A DNA stretch of 64,000 nucleotides from Candidatus Taylorbacteria bacterium RIFCSPLOWO2_12_FULL_43_20 (lineage in GTDB: Bacteria; Patescibacteriota; Minisyncoccia; Phycocordibacterales; HO2-43-120), in assembly GCA_001821295.1 (NCBI GenBank), contig MHSK01000017.1, forward strand, positions 31-64,030. Direction: 5' to 3'. Below are positions 57,277 to 64,000 of this stretch, piece by piece; positions within the stretch are counted from its first letter, which is position 1; each line of letters opens with the position of its first letter. Below the pieces are notes generated by a model. That model saw only the letters and a program-made list of their open reading frames with translations. It was not told where the DNA came from and made no database searches. The translations under genes were made by a program, and so were the position numbers.

Positions 57277-58968
57277 TTATTCAAACAGGTCAGGGCGGTA
57301 TATTGAAGCCCAGTCAAAAAATCTGCGAGCGACCGCCGAGGCGCCTACCGTATTGGCTCTCGGCCCTTTTTCCATAATAACGACAAATGCGTATTTCGGC
57401 TCATCATAAGGAAAAAAACCGGTAACCCACGAATTGACATACTGTTTTGCCGCGCCCAACTCAGCCGTTCCCGTCTTTCCCGCGAACTTCACATATGGAA
57501 CATTCAGAGCGGACGCGGTGCCAATGACGACAGACAACCGCATTCCATCTTTCGCCACTTCAAAATAACTTTTATCCAGATCAATTTGGCCGGATTCACC
57601 CGACGTTACGCCTTTTAAAATCTCGGGATAAACAATCCTTCCGTTATTGGCAACGGCGGCGGTAGCCACAAGCGCCTGCATGGGAGTAACAAGAAAACCG
57701 TACTGTCCAATAGATGTGTGATACGTATTCCCCACCGTCCACTCCTCTCCCTCAAAATTTTCCGCTTTCCACTTTGGGTTGGGAATGGTTCCTGCCATTC
57801 CGCCGAAATACGGAACGGGCAGTTCCCTGCCGAAACCGAACAGGCGCATGTATTTATCAATCAAGGTAATGCCGAGACCTTTTTGTTCTTCATACCCCCC
57901 GCCAATTTCGTAGAAATACACGTCGGAAGACACGGCTATCGCCTCTCTCATATCAACCGCCCCATGAGCTTTCCAGTCTCTAAACACAGTGCTTTTGGTC
58001 TCGTCGTAGATATTGGGCAAGGTTATAGATCCGGTGCTTACGATCTTCTTTGAAGGGTCTATGACCCCCTCCGCAAGCGCGGCTATGGCGATAAAGGGCT
58101 TAATGATGGAACCAGGTGTGTATAGCCCGCGGCTAAGCCGATCCAAAAAGGGATTATTGCCGTCATTAATAAAACTTTCTATTGTTTTCTTGTCCTTACC
58201 TTGCGACAAGACATCGGAAGAATATTCAGGATAACTGGTCATAGCGACAACTTCCCCGTTGGTTATGTCCATAATGGCGGCGGCCCCGCCTTTGAATCCT
58301 ATTTCCAGAGCCAATTTCTCAATCTCCACAAAAAAGGCCTCACTCAACTCTGAATCTATGGAGAGGTGGAGTGTTTTGCCGGAGACCGGAGGATCAATAA
58401 TATTCTCGGAGACAACTCGTCCCACCGCGTCTGTCTCAATGATTTTCAAGCCATTTTTGCCTGAAAGCTCCGCGTTGAAATATTTCTCAACCCCATCCTT
58501 GCCGTCATATTGATCGCTGTAATAAAACCCGGCGCTGTCCTTGCCTGGATATTTCACATAGCCCAATAATAAGGAAACACCAGCCGCGTCCGTATATTGT
58601 CGGATGGAAAACTGCTCACCTTCCGGATGACTGGCATTCCACGCCATAAGTTTGTCCCGCCTGTCATAAACCACCCCCCTTTCCGCGAAAATATAACTGT
58701 GGCGCAACCTGTTATTCTCAGACAAAGACCTTAGAATTTCACCCTTGTTTATTTGAAGATAAACCAGTCTAGATAGAAAAACCAGGGCTATCAATAAGAA
58801 AACCGCGCCGATAAAAACATGCATGCGAGTGGAAATAGGCCGCTCTATTCTTCCTTCAAATTGGTAAGTGTCAAACTCGGGTAAATTTCTAGAGTCCAAA
58901 AAAATCTCATCCGGATGAATTTCGGTTTCTTGTTTTCTGAAATGCTTTTTTATTTTTTTCCAAAACAT
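57277..58968 (-). CDS. mrdA: Penicillin-binding protein 2
   Basis: PGSIIK, SSDVYFY, IGQ, GKTGTAE; downstream of mreBCD. Confidence 0.92.
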   Translation of the reverse strand: MFWKKIKKHFRKQETEIHPDEIFLDSRNLPEFDTYQFEGRIERPISTRMHVFIGAVFLLIALVFLSRLVYLQINKGEILRSLSENNRLRHSYIFAERGVVYDRRDKLMAWNASHPEGEQFSIRQYTDAAGVSLLLGYVKYPGKDSAGFYYSDQYDGKDGVEKYFNAELSGKNGLKIIETDAVGRVVSENIIDPPVSGKTLHLSIDSELSEAFFVEIEKLALEIGFKGGAAAIMDITNGEVVAMTSYPEYSSDVLSQGKDKKTIESFINDGNNPFLDRLSRGLYTPGSIIKPFIAIAALAEGVIDPSKKIVSTGSITLPNIYDETKSTVFRDWKAHGAVDMREAIAVSSDVYFYEIGGGYEEQKGLGITLIDKYMRLFGFGRELPVPYFGGMAGTIPNPKWKAENFEGEEWTVGNTYHTSIGQYGFLVTPMQALVATAAVANNGRIVYPEILKGVTSGESGQIDLDKSYFEVAKDGMRLSVVIGTASALNVPYVKFAGKTGTAELGAAKQYVNSWVTGFFPYDEPKYAFVVIMEKGPRANTVGASAVARRFFDWASIYRPDLFE

Positions 58969-58986
58969 AAATACTAATATACGACT

Positions 58987-59022
58987 CCGACGCTTCGGTC
59001 GGAGCCCCGACCGAAGCGTCGA
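58987..59022. repeat. Family C palindrome
   Basis: CCGACGCTTCGGTCGGAGCCCCGACCGAAGCGTCG. Confidence 0.8.
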
Positions 59023-59052
59023 GGATGAATACGAATAGGCGCAATGCTAATA

Positions 59053-59197
59053 TATTGTGAATTACGAAACTCTTTTCTCGGCAGGGCTTTTGCGGAACAC
59101 GGGTATTTTTTTGCTAAAAAATCCCTATGCTCGCCCGTCGGCTTGCGCAATGTTCCGCAAAAGCCCTGCCTGCGACGAGTTTCGTAATTCAAAGTAA
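59053..59197. mobile_element. Family G MITE-like element (uninterrupted)
   Basis: TGAATTACGAAACTC...GAGTTTCGTAATTCA with internal GGCAGGGCTTTTGCGGAACA / TGTTCCGCAAAAGCCCTGCC stem. Confidence 0.75.
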
Positions 59198-59429
59198 TAT
59201 ACGAATGCATACTAATTATACAAATGGGGAGAAGAAGAGAAGACACCTCATCTTTAGATAAGCACGAAGCACGAAATCCTGGTTCGACCCCTTCGACTTC
59301 GCTCAGGGTAAAAAGCTCACCATCCTGAAGAATTTGAAGGAGAAATACGAAAAAATCGTAAATTCAAAAAAGGAGAAAAAGGGGGAGAAGAGGAAACCTT
59401 CCGGTCTATGACAAAGTACGCGTGTAAAT

Positions 59430-59714
59430 CTAATCATAAAAGACAAGCCGATTTTTGACTACAGCAACCAAAGCAAAGGCCAGAGCCGCGATAACTGATA
59501 TCACATAGCCCATTCCGTAATAAGCGGAAACAGGAGCGCCGTATAAAAGATCCAAAAGAAAACCGAAAATCAGAATTTCAAAATAATTTTTAAAATAAAA
59601 AAGAAATAAAACGGCCACAGACATGACAATCCACCAAGGCGCGATAAACAACAGAGCGAGAAGAATCAAATTCGCGGCTACTCGTTTCTTTATTTTATTC
59701 TTCTTATTCCTCAT
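59430..59714 (-). CDS. Small membrane protein, MreD-like by position
   Basis: Hydrophobic, GFLLDLLYG; lies between mreC and mrdA. Confidence 0.65.
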   Translation of the reverse strand: MRNKKNKIKKRVAANLILLALLFIAPWWIVMSVAVLFLFYFKNYFEILIFGFLLDLLYGAPVSAYYGMGYVISVIAALAFALVAVVKNRLVFYD

Positions 59715-60516
59715 CTTTTATGGAGATGAACACTTTGTCTATCTCCTGCACGTTAACCAAGCTTCTGATAACAGCCAGCTGAAGCGACTGGGTGATATCT
59801 GAATCAACGGTACCTACGGCCCCAAGAATGGGATTGCCATATCCGGGTAAGCCGACCAGATCACCGGCGGCCACGCGAACATTCTTTGGCAGTTTAACTT
59901 CAAAATTACCTCCGCCTCTGCCTTCCAGAGTCACGATCAGATTGGCAGAAATAAGCTCCGCCTCCATCTTTTCACCGGGCGAAGAGTATAACCGCGCCAA
60001 GGATGTGCCAAAAAAAACCTCCTCAATATATCCGAGCGCCGCGTTTGACCCCCATAGATAAACTTTATCGCCTTTTTTCACTCCGTGTTTTTCACCGGTA
60101 TCCAGAATGAAAGTATCATACGGCGAATGACCGGGAGATTTCAAAACGTAAGCGAGTATCCTTTTTCCCGACTTTTCTCTTCCGAACTCTTCTTTCAACG
60201 CCAAATTTTCTTCCTTAAGTGTTTCCAATTCCGCGAAATTCAAATAAATCCTTTCCAAGTCGCGCTTCAATTTTATGTTTTCGGAAGCAAGTTTGCGCTT
60301 TGAAGCCATATAGTGTCCGAATCCCTGAAACAGCTTCGCTGTTTTATTTTTCAAAACCAAAAAAGGTTTGGCCGCCGTCTGGGCCGCGGGACGCAATAGA
60401 TTGGGCGCTGTAAAATTCAGTACCGCGACAAAGACCAAAAATAAAACGGCAATAAAAAGCGAGTATCCGGCTTTCGGTCTTTTTTCTTTACTTTTGAGGG
60501 GGTAACTCATCTTCAT
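59704..60516 (-). CDS. mreC: Rod shape-determining protein MreC
   Basis: TM, EN..LK coiled coil, LDTG...GV..GD, G.G.G. Confidence 0.9.
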   Translation of the reverse strand: MKMSYPLKSKEKRPKAGYSLFIAVLFLVFVAVLNFTAPNLLRPAAQTAAKPFLVLKNKTAKLFQGFGHYMASKRKLASENIKLKRDLERIYLNFAELETLKEENLALKEEFGREKSGKRILAYVLKSPGHSPYDTFILDTGEKHGVKKGDKVYLWGSNAALGYIEEVFFGTSLARLYSSPGEKMEAELISANLIVTLEGRGGGNFEVKLPKNVRVAAGDLVGLPGYGNPILGAVGTVDSDITQSLQLAVIRSLVNVQEIDKVFISIKDEE

Positions 60517-61543
60517 CTTGTATTAGAGCGTCTTTGTAAACTTCCATGTTTTCGAGAATTATACCGGTGCCAATCGCAACAGCAGTCAACGGATCTTCGG
60601 CTATGTGGATGGGAATTTTGACATTTTCAACCAAAAGCTCCTTCATACCGGGAAATTTCGCTCCTCCGCCGACTATATGTATCCCTCTTTGCATTATGTC
60701 AGAGACGATTTCAGGCGGTGTAATTTCCAAAACTTCCTTAACCGCGTCAATAATCGTCTCTATGGACTGCGATATCGCTTCCCTGACATCTGAATCGGTT
60801 ATCACCACCTCTCTCGGAAGGCCTGTCACCAGATCGCGCCCTTTAATAGTCATTTCTTGATGCTCCTCCGGGGGAACAACGGAACCAATAGTGACTTTAA
60901 TCATTTCAGCAGTTTTCTCCCCTATCAAAATTTTAAACTCTCCTCGTATGTATGAAATAATATCGGCGTTCATTTTCTCACCCGCGACTTTCAAAGTCTT
61001 TGCTCTTACAATTCCGCCTAGTGATATGACGGCGATATCCGCCGTTCCTCCCCCTATATCAATAATCATATTGCCGACCGGCTCCATCACGGGCAATCTT
61101 ATGCCTACCGCGGCCGCCATCGGCTCTTCCACAATATATACTTCCCGCGCCCCGCTGTTTTTCGTGGCGTCTTTGACAGCTCTCGTCTCCACATTGGTAA
61201 TGCCATAAGGAACACCCACCACTACTCTCGGCCCGAGAAATTTTCTGGAGCTTTTGCCCGCCTTATTCAGAAGATAAAGTATCATTTCCTCCGCGATCTC
61301 AAAATCGGAGATAACCCCTTCCACCAAGGGTTTGACCGCTTGAATATGAGCGGGAGTACGGCCCAGCATGGCCTTGGCAGGCCCGCCCACTGCCACGACT
61401 TGCCCTGTTTTCTGATTGACAGCGACCACCGACGGTTCGTTCAATACCACACCCTGTCCTCGCAAATAGACCAGCGTATTGGTCGTGCCTAAATCTATCC
61501 CCACATCATGCGATAGCCAATTGTAAATTTTTTCTTTATTCAT
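60488..61543 (-). CDS. mreB: Rod shape-determining protein MreB
   Basis: GIDLGT.NT, EPSVVA, EEPMAAA, DIGGGT, GGGA. Confidence 0.97.
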   Translation of the reverse strand: MNKEKIYNWLSHDVGIDLGTTNTLVYLRGQGVVLNEPSVVAVNQKTGQVVAVGGPAKAMLGRTPAHIQAVKPLVEGVISDFEIAEEMILYLLNKAGKSSRKFLGPRVVVGVPYGITNVETRAVKDATKNSGAREVYIVEEPMAAAVGIRLPVMEPVGNMIIDIGGGTADIAVISLGGIVRAKTLKVAGEKMNADIISYIRGEFKILIGEKTAEMIKVTIGSVVPPEEHQEMTIKGRDLVTGLPREVVITDSDVREAISQSIETIIDAVKEVLEITPPEIVSDIMQRGIHIVGGGAKFPGMKELLVENVKIPIHIAEDPLTAVAIGTGIILENMEVYKDALIQDEDELPPQK

Positions 61544-61627
61544 TTTGAATTTACAATTTTCTGTAATTTGTTATTTGGCGCTTCTCTAATGATGAGGTGT
61601 CCCTTCTTCCATTAGAAATTTTTTAAT

Positions 61628-61867
61628 CCCCTCTTCCCCTCTTTAGAGGGGAAGTGCCGAGGTTTCCGAGGCGATGGGGTGTTCATTAAAGAGGAAGTGC
61701 CGACTGTGTCCCGCCGTAGCTTCTTAGCGAAGGGGGAGGTTTCCAAGGCGATGGGGTGTCTTCTCTTATTCGTATTCATCCCCGACGCTTCGGTCGGGAC
61801 TCCGACCGAAGCGTCGGAGTAGTACCATTCGTACTGTGTCCCTCCGAAGTTTCTTAGCGAAGGGGGA
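61628..61867. repeat. Composite of families E (x2, one with D insert 61704-61737), C (61782-61817) and D
   Basis: GAAGTGCCGAGGTTTCCGAGGCGATGGGGTG versus GAAGTGCCGA[34 nt]GGTTTCCAAGGCGATGGGGTG. Confidence 0.8.
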
Positions 61868-61905
61868 TATTGGTATCGATCATTAGCATCGCACTAGAGT
61901 AGTTC

Positions 61906-63156
61906 TTACGCGTTGTTTAAAAACTCCGCCAACGCCAATCTTTTTATTTCACCGCTTGTCCTATCTTTCGTCTCAACAATTTTTTGGCTCTCTGTTTTTT
62001 CGCTTACCACAACCCTCATAGGGATACCAATGAGATCGCTTTCCATAAATTTCTCTCCCGCTCGGAGGTCCCTGTCATCGTATAGAACTTCAACTCCCCT
62101 GTCGACTAGCTTTTTATATATTTCTTCGGCATAGTTTGTGACTTTTTGATCTTTGCCGATAAGCGCGACCAGATGAACTGAAAATGGGGCTATTTCCTTG
62201 GGCCATATTAAGCCGTTTTTATCGGATTTTACCTCGGCCACAGCGCCCATCAATCTGCTCACACCTATGCCGTAACTGCCCATAACGACGGGGCAATCTC
62301 TGCCATCTTTATCTTTATACATGAGGCCGAGCGGGACGGAATAAAAAGTGCCTAATTTATAAATATTGGCAATTTCTATTGATTTTTCTTCCACCAGATC
62401 TTCTTTTGTCACACCCAGTCTATTTAAAGCTTCGTCATTATAAATTTCCTTATTAATCGCTATTTTTTTCTGCTTATGAAGATAAATCGTGTCTTCGCCC
62501 GATGATGTTAGTGTCTGAAATTCGTGGGAATATTGAGTGCCGAAAGTCCCTCCGCTGGCCAGCGTCAAAAAAGTCATATCGCCTATTTCAATCCTGTTAA
62601 ATATCCGATTGTAGGCAAGTATCATTTTTTCATAAAATTCGCCAAGCTCCTCCTCGTTTTTGGAAAAAGAATAAAGGTCCTTCATGGGAAACTCGCGTCC
62701 TCTGAAAAGCCCGCTCTTGGCCCTGAGCTCATTTCTAAATTTTGTCTGAAATTGATAAGCGTAGAAAGGCAAATTTTGGTAGGAAGAAACATATTCTTTC
62801 ATCATTGAAGCGATTGCCGGCTCATGAGTATATGCCAGCCCCAGCTCTACATCATTCTTAAGTTTGGTCTTGAACCAATTATCAACCGCTTCATCCGACC
62901 ATCTGCCAGTCTTTTCCCACGCTTCTTTTTCCTGAAGAGCAGTCAATAACAATTCCTGTCCGCCGACAGCGTCCATCTCCTCACGAATTATTTTCTGAAT
63001 TTTATTGAGCACCCTGAAACCGAGAGGCAAATAGGAGTACACTCCGGCCATCTCCTTGTGGATATATCCGGCGCGTATCAAAAGAGAAGCGTTTACTGAT
63101 ATCTCATCGCGAGGAGCCTCCTTTCTGCTTTTTGTAAATAATATTGACTGTCTCAT
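61906..63156 (-). CDS. proS: Prolyl-tRNA synthetase (short form, no editing domain)
   Basis: LLIRAGYI, THE, QTKFRNELR...GL.RGREF.MKD.YSF, GSYGIGVSR. Confidence 0.96.
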   Translation of the reverse strand: MRQSILFTKSRKEAPRDEISVNASLLIRAGYIHKEMAGVYSYLPLGFRVLNKIQKIIREEMDAVGGQELLLTALQEKEAWEKTGRWSDEAVDNWFKTKLKNDVELGLAYTHEPAIASMMKEYVSSYQNLPFYAYQFQTKFRNELRAKSGLFRGREFPMKDLYSFSKNEEELGEFYEKMILAYNRIFNRIEIGDMTFLTLASGGTFGTQYSHEFQTLTSSGEDTIYLHKQKKIAINKEIYNDEALNRLGVTKEDLVEEKSIEIANIYKLGTFYSVPLGLMYKDKDGRDCPVVMGSYGIGVSRLMGAVAEVKSDKNGLIWPKEIAPFSVHLVALIGKDQKVTNYAEEIYKKLVDRGVEVLYDDRDLRAGEKFMESDLIGIPMRVVVSEKTESQKIVETKDRTSGEIKRLALAEFLNNA

Positions 63157-63246
63157 TTTATTTTAGTTTTTAGAAGGCCTTAGAGAATGTTCATAATCTA
63201 ACCGTAATATTATTAGTAAATTTTAAGTGTGGCACCGCAGGGCGTC

Positions 63247-63427
63247 CCCCCTCTTCCCCTCTTTAGAGGGGAAGTGCCGAGTCTACGAGGCGATGGGGTG
63301 TCTTCTCTTCTTCATCTTCCTCTTTTTCGAATTTGTAATTTGGTACTTAGTGCTTATCTAAAGATGGGGTGTTCCCCATTCGTATCTATCCCCGACGCTT
63401 CGGTCGGGGCTCCGACCGAAGCGTCGG
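63247..63427. repeat. Family E unit and family C palindrome (63392-63427)
   Basis: CTCTTCCCCTCTTTAGAGGGGAAGTGCCGAG...GGCGATGGGGTG; CCGACGCTTCGGTCGGGGCTCCGACCGAAGCGTCGG. Confidence 0.8.
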
Positions 63428-63466
63428 AGTCGTTAAGCGGTATTGCTATCAAACGCGTATACACCC

Positions 63467-64000
63467 CTAGAAAAGCCGAATAATATCTCTATACGTTACC
63501 ACCAACATTAAAAGAAGCAAAAGGGCAAAGCCGACAGAATTAACGAGATGCATCACCTTGGGGTTGACAGGTCTTCTTATTACGGCTTCAATGAGCACAA
63601 ATAGGAGTCTGCCTCCATCCAAAGCCGGAAAAGGTATGAGGTTCAAAACCGCTAGATTGAGAGAAATAAAGGCGGTAAAAGACATGAGATAAACTATTCC
63701 AAGTTTGGACGCGTCACCGACAAGACCGGCGATCCCCACCGGACCGGTAACATCCGACAATTTCGCCTGACCTGTAACGGCGCTAGCGATAAAATCAGCC
63801 ACTCCTACGGTTATAGCTTTTAAGAGCCCGCCCGTAAGCTTGGCGCCTTCATAGAAAGCAAGATGAGGAGGAAGAGTCATAATTCCCACCATGTCCATTG
63901 ATATGCCGAGAGCCGGTTTACCCTCAACTATGCCAAATTCGGGCATAGCGGATATCACCTCCTCAACATCTCCCCTTTTGACCCTCGCCTCTATTTCAGT
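63467..64000 (-). CDS. rseP: RIP metalloprotease RseP (5'-partial)
   Basis: GPVGI, ISLNLAVLNLIPFPALDGG. Confidence 0.93.
   Translation of the reverse strand, partial: TEIEARVKRGDVEEVISAMPEFGIVEGKPALGISMDMVGIMTLPPHLAFYEGAKLTGGLLKAITVGVADFIASAVTGQAKLSDVTGPVGIAGLVGDASKLGIVYLMSFTAFISLNLAVLNLIPFPALDGGRLLFVLIEAVIRRPVNPKVMHLVNSVGFALLLLLMLVVTYRDIIRLF

Overview
This is a chromosomal segment of a bacterium that looks like a CPR/Patescibacteria (Parcubacteria-like) organism, inferred from gene order, the divergent bS21, the secG-SBP-rnj and gyrA-SBP-pilin blocks, and code 11. Core genes: secG, rnj, gyrA, rpsA, pth, lepB, a hisS-like gene, rpsU, ybeY, ftsA, ftsZ, trxB-like, a MacAB-like ABC exporter, murF-like, ftsI, ftsL-like, rsmH, mraZ, lysS, greA, mrdA, mreBCD, proS and partial rseP. 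There are three tRNAs (Glu, Ser, Val) and seven tandem VirB2/TrbC-like pilin genes. I recognised no transposase, integrase, reverse transcriptase or cas gene. The main unexplained structures are: (1) a fibre-like gene followed by a secreted protein whose C-terminal module recurs twice downstream as orphan 3' ends (1-3868); (2) a Panacea/RelE-like toxin-antitoxin cassette held between 226-bp inverted and 108-bp direct repeats that join at the 3' end of tRNA-Glu; (3) many intergenic non-autonomous elements, including several MITE families with 8-, 5- and 3-bp target duplications and a 34-38-bp hairpin inserted inside other repeats; (4) a HisRS paralogue with degenerate catalytic motifs; (5) -10 boxes exactly 6 nt before ATG, suggesting leaderless mRNAs. 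All alignments and family assignments were made by eye, with no database searches.
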